DNA from: Lama guanicoe
Taxonomy: Eukaryota
Assembly: GCA_013239625.1 (NCBI GenBank)
Contig: MU053482.1
Location: forward strand, 4,787,775-4,851,774
Length of the DNA: 64,000 bases
Reading direction: 5' to 3'
The notes beneath the pieces were generated by a model, which was not told the DNA's origin, made no database searches, and worked only from the letters and a program-made list of their open reading frames with translations. Positions 1 to 12,330 of this stretch are shown here, one piece after another. A program made the position numbers and the translations under genes. The stretch's first letter is position 1, and every line of letters begins with the position of its first letter.

Positions 1-419
1 ACCAAAAGAGCAGCCGCAGGACCATCCCTGGGGTGTGGGTGAGAAGGATCACAGGTTGAATGGCTCCCAAGATAATGGCCCAGGCGCCCATCCCTTGCTC
101 AGAGCAGCCCCCCTTTCTGTCTTTCTCTAGCCTGTGTGGTCTCTGCTGCCACTGTGCCTGCCTGCCGGGGTCACCCCTGCCTCCAGCTCTTTGCTGTGGT
201 TTTTCTAGTTTGCAGTCCCTTCCTTTTCTCCTTGGCCTTCCTCCATCCTCACCCTCCAAGGCAGAGATTGAGCCCTAACTACTTCAGGAAGTCTTCCTAA
301 ATGCTCTCAGCCAAAACTCCCCCTCTTGTCTCCATATGTCTCCTGGGTGGAGAGCCAGCAGCCTCCAGTTCGGCATTTACATGTTACATAATGTGTTTTG
401 AGCACCTGTCAGACAGCAG

Positions 420-660
420 AGCAGAGCCTAGGGCTTTGGAGTCTGACTGGCCTGGGTGTGTGCTCTAGCTGATTCTTATGAGCTGTGTGCGTTTGGGTAG
501 GTGCTTTGATTTCTCTGAGTCTTGGTTTCCTTACCTGAATTTGAGGATGTGGTGCCTACTTTACAGGGAAGTTGTAAGGCCCCGATGAAATAATCTACAC
601 AAAGCACTTAGCACGCAGTTCCTGGCCCATAGTAAATGACTAACATGTGGCAGCCTTTAT
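420..660 (+). mobile_element. MIR SINE
   Basis: ggctttggagtctgac...ctctgagtcttggtttcctt...aaagcacttagcac pattern of the MIR consensus; boundaries approximate. Confidence 0.75.
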
Positions 661-2883
661 TCTTTGATGTGCATTATCTTATTTAACCCACACCTTAGCT
701 TTATAAGGTAGACACCATCTGCTATGAGCCTCGGTGCTGAAATGACTTGCCCAAGGTCTAAAAACCTGCAGGCAGTGAGGCTGACATGCAAGCCCCAGTG
801 CGGCTGCTGGCCTGAGGCACCACTGCTCTTCCTTCTGCTGCTTTTGCTTCCCAAGCTCAGACTCCCTAGTTCCCATACTTTCTGGTATCTTCACAGCCTG
901 AGCCAGGAAACGCAGCGCAGGTTTATTGAATAATTTTTCCTGGATGATTTAATGGGAACCAGGTTGGGGGGTGGGCAGGAAATGGGACACCTGGAGCATT
1001 CCATCCCTTCAGATGTCTAGCTGACCCAGTGTGCCATGTGCTGCGTACCATTCCAGCAGCAGGTCGTGCCGAGCAGCATGGTACCCCACTGCACCTAGCC
1101 AAGAAGGAGGGAAACCAAGTCATGCTCTGGGGGAAGATCAGCCAGTCCCTTTTAATTAATGTATTTATTTTTAAATAGCAGAGAAAAAAAGCTATGAAAA
1201 GAACAAGAACAGTCAGGGAAATACCTACATGGATAATCCTCATGCCTGAGGCAGTCACAGCCTGAGCCTAGCTGCTGGAAAGTAAACAAAAGCTGTTAGC
1301 TGGCAGGCAGGCTCTGGGTGGCGTGTGGCCTGGAGGAGTGTGTGTCTGGCGTGGGTCCGTGGGCGAGGCTCCTCTGGGATGGCATACCGAACTTCCCCAC
1401 GCCCGCGGGTGCCGCCGGGGCCCTGCCGAGGATGCTCTTCCTGTCGTTATTGTAGTCAGGATGGCTTTCACATCATTGCAGATCATGGTCTCCCGTTCTT
1501 TTCCTGCAAATGTTGGAAGCTGACACCTCCTTTTCCAGCGAAGCCTCCTTTGGTACCAGCTGATGTTTGTGTCTGTACCGTCCTCACCCCACTGGTTATG
1601 TAGTTTACATCTGTGCAGATCTTGGAGTCGAGTTCCAGGGACCTGAGGAAGACGATGGCTGTGTGTATTGGTTCCTGTGTTCACCCCGCAGCTTGTGCTG
1701 CAGGAGACGGGGGAGGCAACCGGTGTGTTTTGGTTCTTTGTTTTTGCTACCAGGCTGGGGTTTGGGTTTTTACTTCCGTTTCTCCAAAACTCTTTAAAAC
1801 ACATCTGAAGGTGGAGCTTCTTTTCCTGGACAGAATTAAGAGGGTGATATTAGAAGTCCTGGGGGTACAGGAATAGACTGTCTTCGGGTGCTGGCCCAGG
1901 AGGTGGCAAGAAAATGAGACCAAGTAAAGATTATATTGTTCGGCCCAGGCTATGTGTCAGGCATTTTTGTTGTACCTGTTGAGTCAGAATTTCTTGGGAA
2001 AGGTGACTGAGAAATAAACAAAAACAAAAAACAAACAATTTCCCTCCCCAAAAAAACTTCTCCATGGGATAAGGAAACATCCAGGATGCTGCCTGTTGGT
2101 ACCTTAGGGCAGCCCCTTCGTCTGGGAGGCTGTCTCTGGGTGGGGTGGAGTGCCCATTGTAGATGAGGGGGTTGCAGCACATCCCATCTCCCTTGGTTAG
2201 GTCTGCGCACAGGTATGAGTGGCAGCAGACGTGCCTGTGTGACAATGGGGCCTCAGGCTCAGAGATTAGAGAGTGCTGAGGAGGTAGCCTGATGGGTGGA
2301 CCAGGCAGCGGGCACGAGTGGTGTGACCTTGACGAGTTAGTCACTGAGCTCTCTGAGCCTCAGTCTCCTCACCTGGAAAATGGGTTGGATGAGCATCCAG
2401 CTTCTAGGGCCATACTGAAGGTTAGATGTGATCGTACCAGTGAGAGAGTGATTTACGAGCTCACGCAAGCTAATTTCCCTTCCCTCACCCACCCTCCTTC
2501 CTCCTCCAAAAAGAATCGTTTCAAGCAGCTACCTGGATGTTTTCCTGCACCGCGTGAAGCCAGTGGAAATCAGCTCAGTCTCCTGCTTCCTCTTTTTCCT
2601 CTTCCTAATGCTCCGGGCAAGGGGACCCACGTCTGAGGCTGGGTTTCCAGCCCAGGCCCTCAGGAATGGGCTATTCACTTTTTTGGTTCCAGTACCCTCC
2701 TCTCCCAGGAGGGGCACTGGTCCAGGGGCTGCAGCTGCTTCTCTCACCTCACTTTGTAGAGATGAATTGTTGCCCGTGTTTGCTTTCCCCTGGTCGCCTG
2801 GGTCTCACTGAGAGGGTGCAGCTGGCTTTTCTTTATGGGCAGGATTTAGTAATAATAGAGCAGCTGATTGCTGAGTGCTGCTG

Positions 2884-3280
2884 TTGGTTGGGGCTCTTTG
2901 GGTTTCAAGTGACAGGAACCCAACTTGAATGAGCTTAAGTAAAAATAAGATACCTTGGAAGGTTCTAAGGGAAATGCAGAGACTCAAAGTAGCTGCTGCA
3001 GAATCCAGCCCCAGAAAGAGAACAGGTGACTTCTAGCATCCCGGACTTAGTCCATGGCTGCAGGCAGCTCCCAGCTGACCCACATGGCCCTGCAGTGACC
3101 CAAGAGTACCAGGTCTTCCCCAGGATTTTTTAGATTGGAACTTGGCCCAGCTTGGAGCATGGGCACACCCTTTGTACCTAAGAATGTGGCCAAGAAGGAA
3201 AGATACTTTGATGTACCTATCTTGAATCCCATGCCCACCTTTTTGGCTGGTGAGTGAGGGATAGGGTGGCATCTGTTATT
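2884..3280. mobile_element. Degraded MaLR (MLT1-type) LTR
   Basis: gggctctttgggtttcaagtgacaggaacccaacttgaatgagcttaagtaaaaa resembles the MLT1 LTR terminus; extent approximate. Confidence 0.55.
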
Positions 3281-3309
3281 GGAACAAAGGGAAAAGGATG
3301 CTAGTGGTA

Positions 3310-3795
3310 TTAATAATTATGTATAAGATGAACTCACTTTTATCACGTGCTTACTTTGTGCCAGAAATTATTCTAAGCTCTTTACCTACAGAACTCATTT
3401 AATCTTCACAATCAATCCTATTTTATATACCAGGAAGCTGAGGCACAGAGAGTTGAAGCAATTTGCCCTCAGTCACAGAGCTTGCTGGTAGGAGAGCTGG
3501 GACTGAACCCAAGCAGAGGACTCCGGGTGTGCTCTTAACCACCGACTCTGATGCAGACAGTTCAGCAGATGCCATCACCAAGCGCTTAGAGCTAAACACT
3601 GGGCTGTGTCCTTTACAGCATTACCTCATTTCATCTTCAGAACAGCTCTGTGGAGTAGGCACTAACATCATTCCCATTTTTAGATAAGAAACTGAGGCTC
3701 ACAGAGAGTATGTGACTTGCCTGGGGCCACCTGACTAATTTAAAGTGACAGAGCCAGGCTAGGAATCCCATGGCCTGAGCTCTTGACCACTTTGC
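3310..3795 (-). mobile_element. Two adjacent MIR SINEs
   Basis: Two copies of the MIR core in reverse orientation: catttaatcttcaca...gctgaggcacagagagttgaagcaatttgccc and cccatttttagataagaaactgaggctcacagag. Confidence 0.75.
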
Positions 3796-6396
3796 TGGGT
3801 AACCTTTGTATTCAGACATACCTCCTGCTCTGTCAGTTGCTCCCCTGGCAATTGGGATAAAGAGCAGACCTGGCTCAGCATCTAAGCCTTCGTCCTCCGT
3901 CCTGGCCTGGGGTGTGGAGAACTATGCCTGGCACCCACTGCTGGGGGGCTGGCGTTGTGATTCTGTGCTGGTTTTGGTGTGTCTCACACTAATTCACTCC
4001 GAAGGGTTCTTGAACAAGCCCTCAGTGCACCCAAGCTCTGAATTTCTTTGTTCCTCTGTTCAACAAATATTGATGGTGGGGGCCTAGTGGGTGCCAGCCC
4101 CTGTTCCAAGTGCTTGGGGTCCCTCAGTGAAGACTCTGACTCTATGGAGCTAAGCTTGGAAAACAGCAGACAGGAGGGTCCCCTGAGCTCCTCTCATGTC
4201 CCTCAGCATCACTGAGGTGACTCAAGCTCGCAGGAAATCTTTCCTGCATCACCCAAGTCTGGCCCATAGGGGCCTGGAGAACTTGTGCTTCTTTTCTTGG
4301 GATGGGATGGTGGCCAGTCTGAGAGGAGATGTTGTTTCCTCATTCTAATGGATTACTGAGGGAGCTAGCATGGGCGTGGGCTCCAGCCGGCTCCACCGTG
4401 ACTCCCAGGTGGCATGGTCAGTGGTGACAGTCTCCAGGTGAGGACTGGGGCTGGGCCATACCTCAGTTCTGCCCTCTGTGATGTGGCTGTCCTGCCTGCC
4501 TCACTGGGTTGCTGGGAGGATCATCTGAGATAGCACGGGCTAACCGCCTGTCGTAATGCCTGTGTGTGAGTTAACCCCTCTCCCTCCTTTTAATAACTGA
4601 CTAGCTTTGTAGGGGGTCTTTAAAAGTCAAAGCATGTGGATGGGGCAGCTGGAAGGGGTCCTTGGTGAGGTCATGCTCCTCATTTTGCAAATGACAAAGC
4701 TGGGGCCCCTGGAGGGGAGGGAAGGTGCTGGGGCCTTCTGGTTTAGTGGAGTTAAGGGGCGCTTGCATTGCCTTTGGGTGTTGGTCAGGCAGAGGGTAGG
4801 AGTTGGCCTTCGGAATGGCTGGATCACAGAGTGTGCCCAGCCACACTGTGGGACTGGTGCTCAGCCCTTAGAGATGGGTCCTGAAATGCCCACATCCGTC
4901 CAATCGTGCAGACAGCCCAGGCAGAGCCTCTGTTTCCCTGCTGTTGGTCTCAGCAACGTCCCAGGGTGGGTAGGGCCTTCTGTCCCTGAGATCTAGGGAG
5001 CAGGGGGAGGTCCCTGGTTCTCAGACCTGGTTAGATTGACAGTGGAATTCTGCACCAGGATGTCCAGCTCCCTCACCCACTGTACCCAGAAGCTTCCCTG
5101 GAGAAGCAGGGGGCAGAGGAGTGGAGGCCTCGTGCCTCTCTGACTTCTGGCTCGAGGCAGCAGCAAGGACTGATGAGAATGTGGCGGAGGCAGGCCAGCC
5201 TGTTTGTCAGCTGCCACGGGCTGCAGAGGTGTGGCCTGAAATGATGGTGATAATGACGGGGATGATTGCGATTGCAGCTTCTGCTCTGGTGGCTGCTTGT
5301 GGGGCGTGCGGGCCCGTCGCTGCTGTGCTGGGACGCCTCTCGCCTCAGTGTGATGGGAAAGGCCGTGAGTGCTGGGTCAGCCGGGCCTGGGCTGAGTCCT
5401 GTCATCACAAGAGCCTCTGCTCTCCGAGCCTCTGTTCCTGTCTGTGAGGAGCCAGTGAGACAAAGCATGTCTGGTCTCTAATGGCACTTGTTTCATGCAT
5501 GGCCAGTGCTCAGGAAATTGTGGCTTTTCTCTCATCAATAGTCTGCGAATTCCAAACAGTGAGTCCCAGGCTCTAAACGCAGCCCTTTGTGTAGTAGACA
5601 GAATTTGTGTGTCTATCTTTGGGCACGTAGGCCTCCTACCTCACTGAGCAGAGTGCACTTACGTCCACAGAAGAGGGGCATCGCTTCTCGTAGCTCTCAA
5701 GTTTTACATCCGTGTTAATTTTTGTCCTTTTGAGGCTACTTCTTAGAAACTTGGAATTGTGGTAGTAAATCTTTAGAAATGTTTTGTAACTCTAGGCTTT
5801 ATTTTCCAAACAGGTGTAGAAGCATTTTCTGCAGACGAGGTAGGATGTAACCAAATCACTGGTGTGGTCATTGGAAGCCAAAATCGTAATTTGTTTAGGA
5901 AACTCACCCACGATCAGATGGTCAACTTTTGTGACTTCTGAGTTTATTCAGCCTTTTGGACAAAGCTTTCCACCTTAGGAAATATGACAAATTTTACATT
6001 GGTGACTTGTTACCAAGTTTTACACCAACTTGATTGACTTTCATCATGTCCTAAGTGTAGAAATTCTGGCATTTTCTGTTTTTACTGAAGCGACTAGTGA
6101 AGCATTCTTTCCCAGGTCCATCTTATACTTTCCCTGCAAGCCTTTGCGTAGAGGTGTGATGAGCCTTAGGGTACCCAGACAGTGGCAGACAGTAGAATAT
6201 GTCTAACCGTCTCATAATTCCTTTCTTCACATGCAGAACCTGTAGCAGAGACATTCTCTGTCCATTTCCTCTTGTCAGATAAAGTGTTACTACAGGGCCA
6301 AGTGCATAGCATGTGGGGCCTCCTGATGGGGAGGCAGTAGGAGGCTGTAATGTAAGATATTGTACTTGACATTCATTTGGGCTCTTGTTTTTAAAG

Positions 6397-6467
6397 GAAC
6401 ATGGCAACCTGTGCATGGCTCGTCCTGAAAGGAGCTGATGTTTGTCATCGTGATGCATAAGAATCAA
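6397..6467 (+). other. MICAL2: Probable non-coding 5'UTR exon of MICAL2 (71 nt)
   Basis: Branch-point-like cttgac (~6365-6370), pyrimidine-rich acceptor gctcttgtttttaaAG|gaacatggc and donor gaatcaa|GTGAGT. Length and sequence resemble my recollection of the short human MICAL2 5'UTR exon that splices onto GTGTGACG...; not aligned here. Confidence 0.7.
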
Positions 6468-8003
6468 GTGAGTAAGTCACAGTGGTGGATCTCTTTTCTG
6501 CCATCGAGTCACTCTTGGGGGGCTGGCTTCAGGCTTTGGAAAGGGTAAGTGTGCTTGCATTCTTCCTTCAAGCCCAGGTGAATGTGACCCCATAGAAAGA
6601 AACAATGGCTGGTGAAGCGCCTTTGTCTTTGCCTACAACCTCCAAGGCCACACAGCCCTCCCAGGCTGTCAGAGAAGGGAGGGTGGCAGGAATCGAGACT
6701 TAGATATGTTTGGGGACATGAAAGACCTGTGTAACTCATGGTCTTTGGGGGGATGGAATCTTTCCCCCTCTGCCCCTAAGTAAGACCAGCAGTTTAGCTA
6801 TCCTGACTCCAGTCAGGAGTCAGGCTCTGACATCAGTCCAGCTCTGATGCTGTTGCAGTCTCCTGCTGGCCCAGATCTGTGCCACGACAAGAATCTGGCC
6901 AGGCAGCTTCTGCAGAGAGTGACTTCAGAGCATGGCAGACCATTTGTCCAAGAGTTGAAAATGTGATCACAGCATCTTCCTCTGCTTGGGTTCCATTCTA
7001 AGGAGAGCAAACCTGTTCACATCTTTCTGTAGACTGAGCAGGTCCGTGGAGATTTAGGGTCTAGAAGGCTGGGTGCAGGTGAAAGTCAGTAATGACTTAT
7101 TTGGCATAGTCACCCTCATAAACTATGTTAAGAGTCTTCCCACTGCTCTCTTGGCCCTGCTCTCTGTCCCCCTGCTCTGTCCTCTTACAGTGCTGCCAGA
7201 GACCTTCCTCTGAGACACATCTGCCAGTCAGTCACTCTCCCGTTGGCCTTCAAGGCCCCCTCCAGTCAAACTTCAGTCTCACTTTCCACACTTGTCTGCC
7301 TCTTCTCTACCCGGCTGCAGTCCCACAACTTCTGAAACGGATGTCCACAGCCAGGACACGCCATTCCCTCTGAGACGCTTCCCTCACCCTCCCAGCAAAG
7401 CTGGGTTCTCCTCCTCCTCTCCACTCCTGTAGTGCTTTGTTCAGACCTCAGGTGCATCCCTGGCTGAGTTGAGCTTTGTTCTCTCGTCCGTCTTCCCAAC
7501 CAGCTGTGGGAGCCTTGAGGACAAGGGCCTGTCCTCCAACCTTCCCATTGGAGCCAGGCAGTGTCATCCCCTCAGCATAGGACTGGGCACGTGGCAGTGG
7601 GTGGCCAGTGTTTGTTGACTCAAGGAGTTCAGGCCCTGAGGCTTCTCCAGAGCTTTATGGCTCACGAGGTCCTGCCTTCTGTCTTGTAGGGGCTGCATAC
7701 TTTAGGAGGGGTAGTCAGATCATCATCATTTATTTTATAGACATGGAGACTGAGGTCTGAGCAGCCAGACTATAAGCTGTTAAGGACCAGGACCCGCATC
7801 TCTTGTGAACCAGGCTAGTCTGGTTTCTATCACCAAGTTTTATAATTAGAGAGAACCCAAGACATCTTTTAAAGCAAACCCCTTATTACCTAAGAGAGAA
7901 ACCGAGACCTGGCCTGAGGATACTTTCTCAAAGTTACATAACCAACTGCTGTCCAGTGGAGGACTGGCGTGCAGGCCCTGGACTTCTGGTCTAGCTTTCT
8001 CTT

Positions 8004-8145
8004 TTTTAAAAAAGTATTGAAATGTAGTTGATGTACAATATTGTGTAAGTTACAGGTGTACAATGTAGTGAATCACAGGTTTTAAAGTTTACACTCCATT
8101 TATAGCTATTATAACATACTGGCTACATTGACTGTGCTGTACGTA
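8004..8145 (-). mobile_element. Short 5'-truncated L1 3' end with degenerate TSD, inserted in the end of a MIR
   Basis: T-rich start then gtattgaaatgtagttgatgtacaatattgtgtaagttacaggtgtacaatgtagtgaatcacagg..., a reverse L1 3'UTR. Flanks gtctagctttctct (7989-8002) and gtctagcgctcttt (8146-8159). Confidence 0.8.
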
Positions 8146-11100
8146 GTCTAGCGCTCTTTCCCTGGCTCCTCCCTCCTCCGCTGCCTCCCTTCTGTGTACA
8201 GCCTTCCGAGAACGTTTTGGGACCATCAGTCTGCATTTACAGGAGGGTGAAGAACCTAAAGAATGCCCTGAGTTAGAGGAATGGGAGACATGAATAAAAC
8301 TGGCTCTCCATCCAGGAGCTATTCTGGAGGTGTGAGACCAGGGCCAGAGCCCGGTGGAGGGAGGAAGAGGGTGGGGGGCGATGAGGGGAGAGCATTAGTG
8401 TCCAACTCGGAGCAGGGTGGAGGGCCCAGAGAAGGGGCAGCTGGCAGGCATGGCTGGGGATTCAGAGGCTGGCCTGGTGGGCACCAAGGATCCATGGAAG
8501 TGAGGAGTCCATGTTGAGGTCCTGAGCAGTAGGATGAGAAGGGATTGGCTGGACAAAGGGGAAAGCCGCTCCAATAATTCTGGTCCTTAATGTCTGGTCA
8601 AAAAGGTCCTGATCAGCCAGCCTGCTGTGGCCTAAGAACCCCTCCCACTTCCTGTAGAAACACAGAAAGTAGAGCGTGTCCGCAGAGGAGGATCGGACCA
8701 TGCACAGAGAATTCCATCATTGTCTGAAATGTGTGCGGGGAGGGAAGTGTGTGCATTTCTGGCCAGCTCACTCCTTTCGTTTTGTTTTATTTCTCATTGA
8801 CCTCACTTCCAGTTGGTCTTTCCCCTCCTCCCAATCTTAGGGCTCTCCTGGAACATTCATTCGGTCCAGGCATGATACAGGGCCAGGTAGGCCCTGGCTG
8901 CTCTTTCCAGTTTTACCCACCCCTTCTTGCAACTTCTGGGGCACCCAGACTGGGAGCCTGGGGCTGACCGGAGGCTCTGTCTCCACTGGCAGGTTGAAAC
9001 ATACACTTTGCCCAAATTACAGAGAATGTGAGGTTTGCCAAATGGGTACCTTGGGTTATTTTCCAAAACACGACCAGGTTATAAACTTCTACAGGGAAGG
9101 TTTACACCTTAGGTTTACCTTATACTCTACATTCCATCAAGATCATTTCATCTTCATAACAAAGCAGATGGATTTACTCCCATTTTACAGATGAGAAATT
9201 TGACTCAGACAGGCTTTAACCTGCCCACAGTTAATGTTGCTGCCTACGGGCTGAGCTGGGCCACAGCCCAGGCCTCCTGTTTATAAATTCCCTCATCTTT
9301 CTACTCTACTAAGCACCAACCATATGCAAATTTCTGGAGGGCCAAGGCCATAAGAGGAATTCAATAAATATTTGTTGAATGAGTGAACTTTGGCTATTTT
9401 TTCCTTTTTTTTTTTTTGTCACTCTTAACCATAAATGGATCTTCTTTGGCAGCAAAAGGAACACTACCCTGTGAAGTATTTGAATTTCTTGCCACGATAA
9501 GGAACTGGTGCGTTCTCTTCTCACCCAGCCTCACCTCTGGGAACTGGGTCATGCACACTGAATAATTAATTCCTTGAGTCTTTGACTCTGAGCTTCCTTC
9601 TCCTGATGCTTAGATGATCTGACCAACATTGATCTTGAAAGGTCTTATTGTTTGTCATCATAAACCTTCAGATGATCCATTGAATTGCTCACGGGGAATA
9701 CTCTTGGCCTAATCAGGTCAGACTTCTAGTGGGTTAATTCGATTTCTTCCTGCCACTCTTCCCTGCTAATCTTGCTAGACTGAGGGAGAGGCATCACTGT
9801 GAGTTATCTTAGGTGTTTGGGGTTCTATAGGGAGAGGAAGGCCCACCTCTTCTCTCTCATTCTCCCTCTGAACCCCCCAAGATTTTATGGCGAGGGCTGG
9901 AGAACGGACAGCAGACCGTGTCAGTTTGGGAAGGTGTGCATGGGGTGGGGGAGGCGGTTATCGGAATATCTGCTGGGCCTGCTCTTTCCCTGAGTGACAC
10001 TTGGGTCATGTTGCTTAGAGTCTGCAGAGGATCTAGCTGGCCTCATTAGAGCAACCTAATTAGATCTTGAGGTCAACAGAGTAGAGTGGAAAAAAAAGTG
10101 GGCTGAGGCCAAAAGACCCACGATCTAGTGCTAGTTGTTCACAGCTTAGCTGCATGGCCACGGGCCAGTTGCAGAACTGTACCTGCCCTCAGATTTCTTA
10201 CTAAGGAAGTAAGGGAGGCTCAGAGGGTTGTGGCATCTTAAAGGAGCCTCCTGGACTCCTGTGGTTCCAGTGCCCACTCTGCCTGTCCTTGTGATCAGCA
10301 CCATCTTCTCCAGGTCGGCCACCTCCTCTACTTGCTTCTGTAGGCACTTTTTCCTGGACTTTGTAGCTCTGCCACCTCTCCCCGCTCCACCCGTGATACG
10401 CCAGAGTGCAGATAAGAACTGCCTGTTGCTGCCCCGTGTCCTGCCAAGCAGCCTAGAAAAAAGTCTAATGTTTTGAAAGTGCGTTGGTGACCTGAGGGTA
10501 CAGGTCAGTATAGGAGGAGAGTGAGAAGATGCCAACCCAGATGGCTCGGGGTTGCTGGGATAGCCCAGATCTTGATGCCCTAAGGTGCCTGTACTCTGTT
10601 CAGTTGTTTGACCAGAGGGCGGTAGATATGTTCTCAAAAATATGACTCCAAGTTTATCTTCTTCCCTGGCCAGGCTCTGTGGTCAGGGGTGACCAGACAC
10701 TATGGAGCAGTAAAGGTCATGATGTTGGTGGAAGGCTGCTCGAGAGAGCTAAGAGATGTCTCAGGCAGACAACTAACACACACAGGGGAAGGGCTGAGGA
10801 AGGCGGATCTTCTCAAAGACTGATGCTCTTTGGGCATTAAAGCTGGAAAGAGCCTATAGATGATCATCTGATCTATTTCTCCAATTTTATGGGTAAGGGA
10901 ACCAAGGCCCAGAGACATGACTTAGCCAGACCCATAAAGCAAGCTCGTGGTGGAAGCCAGATGGAAGCCAAGTCTCCTGACTCCCAGCCTTGGAATCAGA
11001 AACATGATACAAAGTGACTTTTTCCCAGGTACTATGTTGTCTCTGCTCCTGGATTCAGCCACCACACTTTCCACTCCTCTCTTTGACCCTGAGCTTGATT

Positions 11101-11834
11101 GCCTAAGGTGTTAGCAGGGCCCCACTGCTCCCAGCTCCTTGTTTATCGAGGCCTAATAAAACCTGGGTGCAGCATCATGGCGAGGTGTAGGCTTCTCCTA
11201 TGTGTGGGCAGTTTGACCTGTACTCAGGGACCAAACACTGTTGCATCAGCAGTATTCTGTTTTATGGTGTGGCTTGGGTGAAAAATTAATTCAAGACAGG
11301 AAATGAAGGATTGGATGGCCCAGCCTCAGCAATAGTGGACTCTCATGGGTTTATCATTCAGATAGAAATCAGCTTTGTTGCTAAGCAGACATCGTTCTGA
11401 GACTCTCTAGCTAAGGGCATGGATCCGGGGCAGCCCACACTGTCCCCTGCTCCAAGAGAGGGCGCTTTGGATTAGAGGCTGTCTGCCCCATTGCTGTGTT
11501 GATGGCATGTGAACCAGAATGAAAGCCATTCACTTTTATCTAGAGGACACCATTTGGCTCAGCACTTCCTACTGAGCTCAGGGAAATGAGCAGGCACTGA
11601 ATTTACATATTCTGCCTCATTTTCTCTTCACAGTGGCCCTCTGAGAGATGGGCATAGCTATTTGTTGTACTGGGGAGAAAACAGGCAGATACAGGTTAAA
11701 TAACTTGCCCATGTCCCATGAGGGCCGGTGCTAAGATGCAGGGTGTCTGATTTTAAAGCCTTTTCTTGCTCTGCATTTCACGTGGCTTCTCTTTGCATGG
11801 AGAAGAGAGGGCTGGGGCTAAGTGGGCTGGGCAT

Positions 11835-12330
11835 TGATTGAGGCATCAAGCATTTATGATGGGACTTCTGAGTGCCAGGCTCTGGGCTTGATTGTGGGGA
11901 TGCAAAGGTGAGTAAGACCCAGTCCCTTTACTCCCAGGAGCTCACAGCCTGACCTGGTGGCAGGACAGATGTGTACAGAGTCATAGCTACAGTTCTAAGC
12001 ATTGTCAAAATGAATCACACACCAAATGCTCTAGAAGCCCTGAGGAGAGAGTGTCACACAGAGAACATGGCACCAAGCAGGTGCTCTGGGACTGGGTATT
12101 GAGGGATGAATAGGAGATTGCCAGGCAGAGAAGGAGGCAAAGAGTTTTCCAAGTGTGGAGATATGAAAGGGCTTGATTAGGTACGTGAAAGTGAAGAGGA
12201 GTCATGGGCATGTTTTCTTCCCAGCTGATGGTAGAAGGGCTGGAATTTACAGTTGGGAGATAAGCTGGGGGAGGAGGAAGAGTTTGGAACCAGACCGTTA
12301 AGAGCTTTGTAAAGCACTTGCTAACTATGT
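11835..12330 (-). mobile_element. L2 LINE 3' fragment
   Basis: caagcatttat...gagtgccaggctctggg...aagacccagtccct...caggagctcacagcct, the reverse L2 3' signature. Confidence 0.7.

Noticed and set aside
1320..1440. CpG-rich patch as MICAL2 promoter/CpG island (similar patches at ~5290-5400 and ~24590-24690)
   Set aside because: Too short for a CpG island, with no clear core promoter or first-exon donor; the main promoter is probably upstream of the window.
1754..1810. Alternative candidate 5'UTR exon (ctaccAG|gctgg...ctgaag|GTggag)
   Set aside because: Weak donor and no supporting evidence; 6397-6467 has better splice signals.
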